Position numbers and translations under genes: made by a program. From Octopus vulgaris (Eukaryota): DNA of 64,000 nucleotides. The notes under the pieces were generated by a model. That model saw only the letters and a program-made list of their open reading frames with translations, made no database searches and had not been told where the DNA came from. This document shows, in pieces, positions 26,761-40,640 of the stretch (position 1 is its first letter; each line of letters starts with the position of its first letter). Location: assembly GCA_951406725.2 (NCBI GenBank), contig OX597817.1, positions 144,088,001-144,152,000 on the forward strand, in the 5' to 3' direction.

Positions 26761-28710
26761 TACGCATTTCCCAAATATACGCATTTAAAGAAATAATTTT
26801 AAAGAAATGATTTTAAAAAATAATTTTCATTACCTATATTTATTTTTTATTTAGTTTTTTTTTATTGCCCACATGGGGCTAAACACAGAGGGGACAAACA
26901 AGGACAGACAAACGGATTAAGTCGATTACATCGACCCAAGTGCCTAGCTGGTACTTATTTAATCGATCCCGAAAGGATGAAAGGCAAAGTCCAACTCGGC
27001 GGAATTTGAACTCAGAACGCAAAGACAGACGAAATACCGCAACGCATTTCGTCCGGCGTGCTAACGTTTCTGCCAGCTCACCGTCTTATTTGTTCAAATA
27101 ATGTACTTGCACACTCGCTTTTGCCAGAACATAAGGTAAAATCGATAGAGTTAAGAAGAAAACATTTATTGACATTCACACCCGATAAATGTTCTGATTC
27201 ATTTACTAATCCTGCTATGGATAGATTCATTAACTCTTTTTTGAAATAAATTAATGTTAAGTAATTTCACAATATTCTGTTGTGTCTGGGGAGAGTCATT
27301 TTCTTTTTGTGCCTTATAATATAACACACTCACCGGTAAAATTTCCACTTATTCCTTATTTTTATTTTCCTAAACTTTTCGTTGCTTCTTGCAATTTTTT
27401 CAATAGTCTTCACTCTGTCCATTATTTACACTGCGTTCCTTTTTTGTTTGTTTGTGCGCAGTGGCTGTGTGGTAAGTAGCTTGCTTACGAACCACATGGT
27501 TCCGGGTTCAGTCCCACTACGTGGGATCTTGGGCAAATGTCTTCTACTATAGCCTCAGGTCGACCAACGCCTTGTGAGTGGATTTGGTAGACAGAAACTG
27601 GAAGAAGCCTGTCATATATGTTGTCAAGTTAACAAACACACTCTACCAAGTGAACTCAAGACGAAGAACTGTGTCGTAAGTCGACCGATCGCCACCAAGT
27701 TGTGCCTGGTTTTAGAAGGAGACAAGTAATTAGATAGATTTGCATCTATACCTATTATCGGATTTTTGTTAGGGACCCCATATGGTAAAGATGTGGATGG
27801 AGAAAATGTGGGTAGAGGGTGATGTGCTAGCAACCCTCTCCCCTTACTTTTCTACAAAGTAAACAACAACACAAATAACTACACATAGACAGCCATGGTT
27901 AGAACAAGAATAAGAAGCATTATTAAAAGAGAAAAGGAGCATGGTCATTCCTTACCCAAGTGACCTTATCTTATCGCCCATCACTTGTCATGGGCTCATA
28001 AATTAGTTTGATAGTTGACCTCTGATTGGCTGTATGCAAATGAGTTCATCACTGGGGTCCAGAACTGTCGTGGGGAAAACAATTTCGCGTACGGGACGAG
28101 TGGATTTTAAAATTTTATAATTATTAATATCTAGCATAAAAGCAGAGAAGCATAAATTCCGCATATAGTTCATACTCTAATTGTGATCAACAACTATTTC
28201 AGTAAGATAAACACGACCAAATGAATGGATTCATAATTGTGGTACATAATTAATTTAAATTAAGTTAGATTAATTGAAAACTACCAAGAGTATAATTCAA
28301 AATCTGTGTTTACCTAAATCGCCAGGAATGTCGTGTTATGTAATTATACTCTTGGTAGTGTTTATCTTAATGAAACAGCAGTTGAAAACAATTAAAGTAT
28401 GAACAACAGGTGAAATTTTCTAAGAAAAAGAAGAAAAGTATCGAACTGTGAAACCCTGGGTTACTAGTTCAACTGGGATTACATCCACAGCAATTGATTT
28501 TAGCTGCGTGTTACGAATATGCAACATACAGTCTTTGATTGTATTAAAGACGCCTGGGTATATTAGACACACTCCGGTTTCAGCAGTATCTTAAGTGTCA
28601 TCAAATACAGTAATATTTTTCTTGTCAACTGGAATCAACTCGTGACATATATGACAAAAACAGTGTATATTTTATGATATCGATGTATGATATTTTATCA
28701 TATCTATATA

Positions 28711-28741
<31 letters not shown>

Positions 28742-30222
28742 TTGTATATCATATTGAGTATTACATAACAAGTATTTCTTAAAGGGTGATTAAAGAAGAG
28801 CATCGTAAGATAGGATTATCACATAAGAAATATTTCCTTTTCTTACAGAATTCATAATTCTGCTACGATCGATTGATTGATATTCTCCCCCCTGCTCCAT
28901 ATGCCCACTACCTCATTTTTACAGGGGTATTCACTTCTGAAGAACTTGATGCTAATATCAATATTCTGAGATATAAAAAAGACATTTATTTCCCAGAAGA
29001 CACACTGCAGTCTTAGAACTGGCTCATACAGTTATTAAACCGTTGCTTCTTCACATAGAAAATATCGTACATGGGGCGAAAAACAAGAAAACTAATTATG
29101 AGCTCGTATTTATTCTCTAGTAGCAACTGTTACCATTATAATCTTGCAGCATCGATAATTTTGTAGTTTAAAGAAAATCTGCAAGAAATTTCCTTGGAAA
29201 ATGGTCGACGTGCGTGTGAAGAATGGAGAGAAATATATTGTAAATATGTGTAATGGCGAATTTATTATTCATTTGTTATATTTAAGTTATGTAATCCGGA
29301 GAGCTGAGAATCAGACTGAGAAACACGAACATGAAAAGAGAAATGCAAGTCTTTTCAACATGGTAAGTCATATTGGGATTATGTATTTGTGTAATCAAAA
29401 TATTCTTCCCGTCTTTCAGATTACCAGCCTCCTTTAATCCACTTATGTTGTTGTTGTTGTTGTTGTTAGTGCTGGTGTTTAGAACATGGCCAATCTTGAT
29501 TGTGCAGATCAACGCTCAAGAATACTCAACCGTCATACTATCGTTTCTTTTCAGGGGTTTGAAAAGGATTATATTACTGCCATGCACTCTTCCCTTATTT
29601 TACATACGATTTAAGTGCGATTTAAAGGAGATTTAGCTGCTATTTCAAGAAGCTCCCTAAGTCCACGAGTTCCCTAAATACACACATACATCTTTCTCTC
29701 TCTCTCTGTCTCTCTCCCTCTCTCCACATAGACACACATATGGAGCATGTAGCCAAAAGATAGTCGCCTGTTTTGAACAGGTATCGTTCTCTTGTTTCTT
29801 CTTTCTCATTTAGTTCTTCCTTATGCTACTTTGATAAACGTAATGTCATTTTCTTTCTTTTTCCTTTCCCTTTTGTCCGTGTACAAATTCTTTGTGCACA
29901 ATTTCTTGTTATTTATTTATTTTCTTTTGCGTTTACATTTTGTCCATCGTATTTTTGAATATTTGCCCAGCTGTTGTGACTACTCGCCTTGTTCAACTGT
30001 CCGTCTCTTACGATTCTCCTTGAATCCTTTTTTGCTATGCCGAATCAGACTGTTCTTGAAATACGAGAGTAGAAAAATAGCTAACAACTGATGTGCCTCT
30101 AGGCTTCTTCAGAGGGTCTAAATGGCTATGAGGACTAATACATAATTGGGTACACTACTAGCAGTATATTGGATAGGTACTATCCCTTAGTTGGTTGGCT
30201 TTCCAATCTCTAACTCTCTCAG

Positions 30223-30290
<68 letters not shown>

Positions 30291-30325
30291 TTTACGCACA
30301 GGAGTGGCTGTGTAGTAAGTAGCTT

Positions 30326-31363
30326 GGATCTTTTCCTTTTGATGGACGGAATTTTCTAGTTAACTAAACAATTTGAAACTTCGTATACTGGTAGAATGTG
30401 TCAAAAGAAAAACATTGTAAACAACATTGAAAACAAAATTGTAATTTCTAAGTTTAACGTAGTTTAATTCTACGAATTTTAACCAATGAGATCCCAGCAT
30501 TTGAGCTCAATTCATTTGCTGCGTCTAAAAACGTCTTCTGTCTTCTGCATGTGCTCTGCATGTGCTAGAAATAACAGCTATATCTCTTAAATCGATGAAT
30601 TTCGTCGCCCAATAAAAATATTAACGGTTGAATATTTTCTTTATTTTTTTTACCGAAAAGGCTTCTCTCATGGTTTTGAAGGGCCAGAAACAACAAAAAT
30701 AAAACAATAATATGCCTAAAGCGGCCTAGAGTTTGCGCGTGGAGTGTGAGTCGTATTGTAAAAATTTGCGAAATATTTTTTCATAAAAGGATGCCCCAGC
30801 TTGTCGGAAGCTGTGATATAAATTGGGAAAACAATCCTCGACACCAGTGCGTAGTTGGTACTTAATTTATCGACCCCGAAACGATGAAACATTGACCCTT
30901 CCCCTTCTGGTTTATTTACCTTTTGTGTGAATTTGTTGCGGCAAGGGGCAAAACACGAACGTGTATGTATGCTTGTGTGCGTATGTGTGTGTATGTATAT
31001 GTCCGTTTGTATGTGTGTGTACGATTATATATTAATTACTATGTGCTTGTGCAAATGTATATGCATGTGTTTGAGAGAGAGAGAGAGATAGTGACAGAGA
31101 GTGTGTGTGTGTGCGTGCAAGTGTACGTGTGTATGTATCTGAATATATGTGTGTGTGTGTATGCGGCATGCGTCTGCTATGTTTCTTTATCAATATCGAT
31201 AACGCAGAAAATGATTTGAGTTCAAATGCTGGGATTTCACGTTAAAGTTACAAATTACAATTTTGTTTACAATAATGTTTTCTTTTGACACATTCTACCA
31301 GTATACGAAGTTTCAAATTTTTTAGTTAACTAGAAAATTCCGTCCATCAAAAGGAAAAGATCC
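30326..31363. mobile_element. Non-autonomous DNA transposon with about 130 bp TIRs and an 8-bp TSD, inserted in a family A SINE (about 30295-31767)
   Basis: GGATCTTTTCCTTTTGATGGACGGAATTTTCTAG... / ...CTAGAAAATTCCGTCCATCAAAAGGAAAAGATCC. AGTAGCTT is duplicated at 30318-30325 and 31364-31371. Confidence 0.9.
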
Positions 31364-31766
31364 AGTAGCTTGATACCAACCACATTGTTCCGGGTTCAGT
31401 CCTACTACATGGCACCTTGGGCAAGTGTCTTCTGCTATAGCCTCATGACAATCAAAGCCTTGTGAGTGGATTTCGAAGACGGAAACTGGAAGAAGCCTGT
31501 CGTACACACACACACATATGTGTGTGTATGTGTGTGCGTGTATGTATGTATATGTTTGTGTGTCTGTGTTTGTGGCCCCACCATCGCGTGACTACTGATG
31601 TTGGTGCGTTTACGTTCCCCATAACTTAGCGGTTCGGCAAAAGATACCGACAGAATAAGTACTAGGCTTTACAAAGAATGTGACCCGGGGTCGATTTGTT
31701 CGACTAAAATGCGGTGCTCCAGCATGGCTGCAGACAAATGACTGAAACAAATAAAAGAATAAAACA

Positions 31767-31836
<70 letters not shown>

Positions 31837-32358
31837 GGATTTCACAACACACACACACATACACACACTCAATTTAAGTGTCGTTGGTAAAACACCCCGA
31901 AACAGATATTTGTGATATGTAGATACTTCGAACAGTATCTTAGTGAATCTATTTAACATTACACATCCTCACGTCACTAATCAATCCCAACAACAGTTTA
32001 AAGTTATCGGAAAAAATCAATACTCAATGGGGAAAAAAAGCAAATAAAAGCGCGTATAAATTAACCGTAAACAACACTACAATGTACACACATACACACA
32101 TACGCACACGAACACAGATACACGCACACACACACACATGCACATACACCCACGCACACGAACGCACGCACGCACGCACACATGTACACACATACATATA
32201 CACTCATACATGCATACGTATACATACATACATACATACATACACACAAACACACACATATATGTATTTATAAACACATATACATGTATATAGCACATGC
32301 TTATATATATGTGTGTGTGTGTACGCACTCATGTGTATACACACACGCACGCACACAT

Positions 32359-32465
<107 letters not shown>

Positions 32466-33066
32466 CACACACATATATATCTATACATACAGTCAGAGAT
32501 ATATACATGTGTATATATAAATACATAAATATACAGCCATACACACCTACCTACACACACAGACACTCACACACGCACGCACGCACACACACACACACAC
32601 ACACACACAAAAGCAACAGTTTATTCCAAAAATCCTTGGTCGTTGTTTTCATCTTTTTCCCCAACCTTGCTCAACGCGATCAAATGTTTTTCGTGAACTA
32701 ATTAACAGCAATGAAACAGCATAAAAGAAATCTAATTTAACATTCGACATCACATTTTTTTTTACTAATTTACATTTTTTTTTTACTAATTTGCATCTTT
32801 TTGCTTTTATTTTCCTTAATTTTTTCCTTTTTCTTTTCTTTACTTAATTTCCCTGTGGTTTTATTTGAAACTAATGTTACACCAAGAAATATTGGTTATC
32901 GTCCTTGTTCTTGAACCGGTTTTTGTTTGTAAATGTGTTTTAGTAAACTTATTTATTAGTTCCCCAATTTTTGTCCCAATTAACTTTGTTTAATTGATTT
33001 GAAATTTATCAGGGTAATTATCAAATGGAAACTTGATCGTACTAACTTCTCCAGCAGCAACGGCAA

Positions 33067-33420
33067 GTGGAGGTACAATGGCCCAATGGTTAGGGCAGCA
33101 GACTCGCGGTCGGAGGATCGCCGTTTCGATTCCCAGACCGGGCGTTGTGTGTGTTTATTGAGCGAAAACACCTAAAGCTCCATGAGGCTCCGGCAGGGGG
33201 TGGTGGCGACACCTGCTGTACTCTTTCGTCCCAAATTTCTCACACTCTTTCTTCCTGTTTTTTGTCCCCGACTTACTACGCAACCGCTGAGCCTGGATGC
33301 GCATTCATCCATCCGTCGATGCTCTCGGTGTCGGGTGTTGACCTGCTTTCTCTTCTGCGGATCTTACGAATAGCAAAGGACCACGTTTCGGACTTCTCCC
33401 ATCTTGCGAGCTCTGGGACG
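33067..33420 (+). mobile_element. tRNA-derived SINE head B joined to a different 3' sequence
   Basis: gtggaggtacaatggcccaatggttagggcagcagactcgcggtc...gtttcgattcccagaccgggcg head, diverging from the other B copies after about 33260. Confidence 0.7.
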
Positions 33421-34364
33421 AAGACCGCTTCACTCAACAGCAACCGCTCAACAGCAGCAACGGCAGCATCTGTTCCTGTTGCCGTGATAACGATGGTCGC
33501 GGTTGTGGTAATGGTGGGTAGCGGTGGTGACGATAGCATTGTTGTTATTGTTGGTGGTGGTGATGTTTACTGACGTATGGGTGATAGTGGTGGTGGTAGT
33601 GGTGGTTATAGTAGCATTGATGAATGCTGGTGTTGGCAGGGAATTTTCCAGAGAGGGAAAGAGGATCAGTGATTTAGAAAAAAAGCTACTAGTACAAAAC
33701 AGGTAAAGATTGTAAAAGCGATGGGGTTAACCGGTTGATAACAAATTATGACAGCAAGGAAATAATTAATATACGTATAGACATGTTTGTTAGAACAAAA
33801 ATTGGATATTGGAAACGGTGGCGTGACATGGGTCCTTAAAGAATACGATCAAAAACATTATAATAAGATAAGACTGAAATCCATTTTACAGCAATATCTG
33901 TTATCTTCAAACGACTGGCTCTTGTTTGTTTATACGAGTGCTTAAAATTTATGTAAAGCGCATAAAAATCTTTTTGACTAAAACAGAAAACAACAAGATT
34001 TATGTAGTAAATGTGAAAACCATTTAAACTTTATTGGGCAAGTTTAAGCAATACAGATTAATCAAGTTACGTGTCGCTCTTGCATCGTTCTTCTTCGTGT
34101 GGTTGAGATGTGTCTAAATTTCGAGTTTCTCGTTATATCCCCTTCCATAGAGAGCTCAGTTCCTTAAATGGTAAAGTAAGAGTTTAATCCCACACATACA
34201 GTATATATAGGGTTGTTCGATAAATTCGTTTCTTTCAAATAATATTTGAATTAATACGGTGAATATTTTTATTACGGAGATGTACTTGCATAGCAAGTGA
34301 CCTGATCTGAGATCGTGTGGTGAAACAAAAACAATTGCAGTGTAGAAGGTGTTTATAAGCCATT

Positions 34365-34459
<95 letters not shown>

Positions 34460-34651
34460 CCGTTAGATTCACTCCAAAATTTAAATTTAATTTGTCAAAA
34501 TATTTTTGCCGCTTTCAGACCGCGTTTGTTCACTGACAAAATTCCGTGCTGTGGTTTATAGTTTTCGCAGCTTTTATCCTTCCTTCACAACTTTTGTTTA
34601 TCGTTTTTGAAATTAGAATAAATTTTACCTCTTTTCACACATGACGATGAA

Positions 34652-34900
34652 ATGCCAAGCAGAAGAAGAAAGAGTGTTCAGCATCTGCTTCATTTTGCTT
34701 TTAATCAAGATTCCAAAACTGCCCAAGTTGAGCAAGACATTTGTGCTGTGTACGTACGCGCTAGAACCGCATACAAATGGCTCTCAAGCTTCAAAGAGGA
34801 GAAGACCCTCCTCGGATGCTCTCCACGTTATGGTCCACATGTTCAATTGAATAAGGATCGATTGATCAACGCATCCATGAAAATCCGTGCAATTTAACTT
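34652..34900 (+). pseudogene. Mariner transposase N-terminal fragment
   Basis: QHLLHFAFNQDSKTAQVEQDICAVY..RTAYKWLSSFKEE....SPRYGP resembles the mariner HTH region RH.LLF.F..G......ICAVYG......KWF..FK.......PRSGRP. Confidence 0.65.
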
Positions 34901-35109
34901 GGAAATTGGCTCGGCAAATAGAAATGCTCTGATGACAACGTCACCCGTCACCAGCGCTGGATTAACCATTAAGCAAAATAAGCACATTCTTAGGGTGTCA
35001 AGGGAAAGGACGGGGGCACCACAGAAACGGTAAATGGTTTACGGCACAAAAGAAATCACTTTAAACTTAACAAAATAATATTCGAGATGCCTTATCTCTC
35101 CTAAATATA

Positions 35110-35304
35110 TGAGGTGGTGCTGAAAAGTTAGTGGCTTTGGGAAAATAGAGAAGGATCAGTTAATTATGATTTTATTCAACATATTCCCCTCTCAGATTCA
35201 CTTACTTATTGCAGCGGTCCTTCAGTTTTTCTAAACCCTGTAAAAGAACTTAGAAGGTTGGGGCCTCCAACCAGGCCTTCCAGGAACTTTTCAGCACTCC
35301 CTTG
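35110..35304 (-). mobile_element. Mariner-derived MITE
   Basis: TA-flanked TIRs tgaggtggtgctgaaaagtt / aacttttcagcactcccttg. The internal minus strand encodes the transposase tail ...LRGEYVE*. Confidence 0.75.
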
Positions 35305-35507
35305 TAGAAGCAGATGCGTTACATAAGATTAGGTTTAAGGATCTGATCAACGGCTTTGCAATTAAAAAAAAAGCAGGAGAAAACTTTTCCGATACAAATA
35401 AAATGGAAATTTCCAAAAATAAACATTATTTTCCCATCTTACTGTCAGTTTTATTTTGTTTTGAAAGATAAAAATTTATTTTATGGTTTATCATTATTTA
35501 TATTTTT

Positions 35508-35795
35508 GGCACGCGGCTTAGTGGTTAGGGCAATTGCCGGCGATGCGTTTTGTCCTTGAGCAAGACACTTTATTTCACGTCGCTCCAGTCTACTCAGCTG
35601 GCAAAAATGAGAAGTACCTGTATTTCAAAGGGCCAGCCTTGTCACATTCTGTGTTATGCTGAATCTACCTGAGAACTACGTTAAGGGTACACTTGTCTGT
35701 GGAGTACTCAGCCACTTGCACGTTAATTTCACGAGCAGGCTGTTTCGTTGATCGGTTCAACTTGGACGCTCGTCGTCGTAACCGTCGGAGTGCGC
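35508..35795 (+). mobile_element. tRNA-derived SINE, head E plus tail 1
   Basis: gcttagtggttaggg head, gtccttgagcaagacact block, then the tail shared with family B (acctgtatttcaaagggcc...gtcgtaaccg.cggagtg). Second copy at about 54652-54968. Confidence 0.75.
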
Positions 35796-35796
35796 G

Positions 35797-35836
<40 letters not shown>

Positions 35837-36177
35837 TCACACACACACACATATATCTATATATATGTGTATGTATGTATGTATGTTGTATGTATGTATG
35901 TATGTATGTATGTATGTATGTATGTATGTATGTGTATGTTTGTGTGTGTGTGTATGTTTGTGTGTCTGTGTTTGATTCCTCCCCTCGCTTGACAGCCGAT
36001 GTTGGTGTGTTTACGTCCCTATAACTTAGCGGTTCGGCAAAAAGAGACCGATAGAATAAGTAGTAGGCTTACAAAGAATAACCCTGAGAGTCGATTTGTT
36101 CGACTAAAGGCCGCAGTCAAATGACTAAAACAAATAAAAGAAAAAACAAATTTATTTGCAACGTAACTTAATCGTGG

Positions 36178-36525
36178 CCCTCCGTCGGTTGCGACGACGA
36201 GGGTTCCAGCTGATCCGAAATTAATGTGCAAGTGGCTGAGCATTCCACAGACATGTGTACCCTTAACGTTGTTCTCGGGGAGATCCTGCGTGACACAGAG
36301 TGTGACAAGGCTGGCCCTTTGAAATACAGATACAACAGAAACAAACAGTGAGAGAAAGTTGTGGTGAAAGATTAAAGCAGGGTTCGCAACCACCCCTGCT
36401 GGAGCCTCGTGAAGCTTTAGGTGCCTTCGCTCAATAAACACTCACAACTCCCGGTCTGGGAATCGAAACTACGACCCTATGATAGCGAGTCCGCTGCCCT
36501 AACCACTGGGCCATTGCGCCTCCAC
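36178..36525 (-). mobile_element. tRNA-derived SINE, head B plus tail 1
   Basis: Matches 59238-59623 along its length. Another copy at about 50423-50776(+). Confidence 0.85.
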
Positions 36526-37220
36526 GTATCTTAATAAGTTGCTAGCAGTTAAAACCTTGGCCAAGCTAACAGCAATTATGTAAATTACATGTATTGATTT
36601 CTTTATATCGATCGATTAAATCGATCTCTTATAATGATTTCTTATATTATTGATCTCTCATTTATCGACACATTGCAAGATAGAGATCGAATTTAACTAG
36701 TGGGAGTGTAGCCGGTGACATCAAAAACCAGTAGAGAGATGGTACTTTTTATCGACCCAGCGAAATCTGCATGCAAAATCGAAACCTGCGATGTTTGAAT
36801 TCGAAGAGGAATTAAAGCAGAGTTTCTCAACGCGTTTGGCTTCACACCCTACTGCGATTTTTTTTTACAAAATACAGCGCGGCTTCAGAAAAAAGACGCG
36901 CAACCCACCATGAACGGACAAAGAATGTACATATTCTTTCTTTTTTTCTTTTACTTGTTTCAGTCATTTGACTGCGGCCATGCTGGAGCACCGCCTTTAG
37001 TCGAGCAAATCGATCCCGGGACTTATTCTTTGTAAGCCCAGTACTTATTCTATCGGTCTCTTTTGCCGAACCGCTAAGTGACGGGGACGTAAACACACCA
37101 GCATCGGTTGTCAGGCAATGCTAGGGGGACAAACACACAAACACACACACACATACATATATATACATATATACGACAGGCTTCTTTCAGTTTCCGTCTA
37201 CCAAATCCACTCACAAGGCA

Positions 37221-37675
37221 TGAACTCAGAACGTAACGGCAGACGAAATACCTATTTCTGTTTCTTTATTACCCACAAGGGGCTAAACACAGAGAGGACA
37301 AACAAGGACAGACATAGGTATTAAGTCGATTACATCGACCCCAGTGCGTAACTGGTACTTAATTTATCGACCCCGAAAGGACGAAAGGCAAAGACGACCT
37401 CGGCGGAATTTGAACTCACAACGTAACGCAGACGAAATACCTATTTCTATTTCTTTATTACCCACAAGGGGCTAAACACAGAGGGCACAAACAAGGACAG
37501 ACATAGGTATTAAGTCGATTATATCGACCTCAGTGCGTAACTGGTACTTAATTTATCGACCCCGAAAGGATGAAAGGCATAGTCGACCTCGGCGGAATTT
37601 GAACTCAGAACGTAACGGCAGACGAAATACCGCTAAGCATTTCGCTTAGCGTGCTAACCGTTCTGCCAACACGCT
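37221..37675 (-). repeat. Head-to-tail concatemer of family C SINE units (about 190 bp period), fused to a family A SINE (about 36935-37220)
   Basis: tgaactca.aacgtaacg recurs at 37221, 37411 and 37600 with near-identical intervening sequence. Confidence 0.85.
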
Positions 37676-37895
37676 GTCTTAATGTTTAGTTATAATAGAA
37701 ACAATTTTACATTAGACTGATCGGTTACTCTATACGCTTGTAGAGTACAAATGTATTATTCTTAAACAAGAATATTTTTTGATAGTGACTTCGAAGTTTC
37801 AGCCAATTAATCCATCGTCCGATGTCGTCAGTAGTAGTTACTGTCAATATCTTTCTTGAAGAATAATATTTGTGTGTGTGTGTGAGTGTGTGAGT

Positions 37896-37942
<47 letters not shown>

Positions 37943-38019
37943 CTATCTATCTTTCTGTATATCTATCTATCTATCTAATCTATCTGTCTATCCATCTTCC
38001 TATCTATCTATCTACCTTC

Positions 38020-38104
<85 letters not shown>

Positions 38105-38253
38105 ACGGATAAACCTAATCCGTTTTTTTTTTCTTTTTTGTAACATTTACAATATTTTCTGTGATACACTATCCCTTTCGATCGGCGCTTTTTTTTTCAC
38201 TATCCCTTTTGATCGAAATTTTATTTTTCTCCTTTTTCTTTCTTCAAAAGAAA

Positions 38254-38277
38254 AGGGTTAGGGTTAGGGTTAGGGTT
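38254..38277 (+). repeat. Interstitial (TTAGGG)-type repeat, four units
   Basis: agggttagggttagggttagggtt. Confidence 0.8.
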
Positions 38278-38389
38278 AATATGCAACCAATTATGAGTAA
38301 GACCGACGTCCAAAATTAACTTACGTTTCCTTGATTATTTCAAAGTTTTACACTAAAATACATTGTAGATACAGTTAATAAATATTAAA

Positions 38390-39470
38390 ATGCCTAAAAC
38401 AAGGGAGTTGAGTGAGTGTGAGCGAGGTCAAATCGTAGCTCATCATAAAGATGGAATGACGCAAAGGCAAATTGCTCAAAAGATGAAATGTTCTCGATGT
38501 GCAGTGCAAACGACTCTCAAGCACTTCAGAGAGACCAAAGATGCGAAGACAATACAAAGAACAGGCAGTAAAAAGGTTACATCACATCTTGATGATAGAT
38601 CCATCATCCGTCAGTCGCTCAGAAACAGGAGAAAAACATCGTTGAAGCTCTGTGCGGACTTCAATGAGGCAAATACTTTACAAATATCAACCAGAACTGT
38701 TAGAAGAAGGTTTGTAGGTTTCTGAAGCGAATATGGACTAACGTCTTCTGTGGGCCAAAATCCACTCAACCAGTGAGCAATGGTCAAAAGTCATATGGTC
38801 TGATGAAAGTAACTATAAGGTAAGATAGCACATGTATTCAATGAACATAATGTAACTGGTTTGCCCAAAATATATAAAAAAAGTATTCAACATAAAACTA
38901 ATATTATTTTTCATGTTTTTAGTCAGGTTTTCAGTACATCTGATGCAACATTCATGCGTCGCAGACTTGGGGAAGCATTTAATGCTGAATGTCTGGTACC
39001 AACAATAAAACGTGGGGTGGTTCTATCATGGTGTGGGCCTGCATGTCTGCCACAGGACCCGGAGAAATGTTTTATGTCAGGGAAGGATGAATTCAGCTAC
39101 CTATGCTTCTAAGTTATCAGATGTTTTAGAGCCATCAGTTGCTAAATTGCATCCAGGAGTGTCAAAAAAGGGTGTTATTTTTCAACAGGACAATGCTCCA
39201 TCTCATACAGCAAAGAATACTCTCATACAGCAAAGAATACTCATCAATGGTTTGAGACACAGGTTATTGTTCCCACGGACTGTCCCACTCAAAGTCCCGA
39301 TCTAAATCCAATCGAACACCTATGGGAAAGCTATCAGGAACGCAACAATTGAAAATAAAGAGCATTTGTACCAAACGTTAAGAGAAGAATGGAGCAAAAT
39401 TGCACCTAGCACCTGCAAGAAACTAGTTGATTCAATGCCCAACTGTATAAAAGTGGTAATTAATTCTAAA
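38390..39470 (+). pseudogene. Tc1-family transposase pseudogene with a putative 107-nt intron (38820-38926)
   Basis: MPKTRELSECERGQIV.. paired-like HTH, WSKVIWSDES, FQQDNAPSHT and SPDLNPIEHLW motifs. Frameshifts and a 20-bp tandem duplication at 39201-39240. Candidate 3' TIR near 39535-39558. Confidence 0.88.
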
Positions 39471-40209
39471 TTTTTCGGTTTCGAATATAATTGTTTCCAT
39501 TATCTGTTTCCGTGCAATCCAAGATGTTTCCGGTTCGCAAATTTTGAACGATCACTATGCAAATTTCTTCAAAAAAAAAAAAAAAATCATATGTAGGTAT
39601 AAGTTTAGTTAACTATATAATACTTAAATCAAGATCAACCTGATGATACGCCTGGGGCTCTCATCAATTACTTCCATTTACCTTTGTTTTTCTCTTTACT
39701 TTTCTTCCGTTGCACTTATTTCTCTTTTCTCTCTCTGTCTCCCTTTTTCTTTCGCAACCATCTTCCTTTTTCTTTACAAGAACATAAACAAGATACCTCC
39801 GGAAGACGATGGGAAATTTTATGTATAAATAAAAGCAATTTGAACAGCACACAAGAAGATATTTGTAGACAAAATTACTTATCTTCTTGTTTCATAATTT
39901 CTTATCTCTGCAAATTACTGAAACGTCGTTCTCATTGCTCCCGGCATTCTTTGTCATCAAATCTATCTCAGCTCTATTTTATACATATACGCGCGCATAC
40001 CCGCATCTGTATGTGTGACTGTTTGTATGGCTATACGTATGATGTAAACCCGTTTTGGTCAATTTCACGTACAACTGTATTATTCAATTTTCAGCGTTAT
40101 TATCTGTTTCGTAACGTTATAAGAATTTTTGTGTCTTACGCGTTTATTTATCATTATCATCGCCACAAACAATTTTATATTGTATGAATTGCATCATTCA
40201 ATATACAAT

Positions 40210-40640
40210 CTCTTTTATTTGTTTCAGTCATTTGACTGTGGCCATGCTGGATCACCGCCTCTAGTCGAGTGAATCGACCCCAAGACTTATTCTTTGTAAG
40301 CCTAGTACTTATTCAATCGGTCTCTTTTGCCGAACCGCTAAGTTACGGGGACGTAAATACACACCAGCATCGGTTGTCAAGCGATGTTGGGGGTGGGTGG
40401 GTGGAAAACACAAACACATAAATACACACAAATATACATATACATACACATACATCTCTCTCTCTCTCTATCTATCTATATATACGACGGGCTTCTTTCA
40501 GTTTTCGTGTACCAAATCCACTCACAAGGCTTTGGTCGGCCCGAGGCTATAGTAGAAGACACTTGCCCAAGGTGCCACACAGTGGAAATGAACCCGGAAC
40601 CATGTGGTTGCTAAGCAAACTACTTACCACACAGCCACTA
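40210..40640 (-). mobile_element. tRNA-derived SINE, family A
   Basis: Full reverse copy matching 55441-55889. Confidence 0.85.

Noticed and set aside
28017-28045. Octamer ATGCAAAT plus CCAAT motif as an snRNA or histone promoter
   Set aside because: No recognisable snRNA or histone gene nearby, and short motifs are expected by chance or within repeats.
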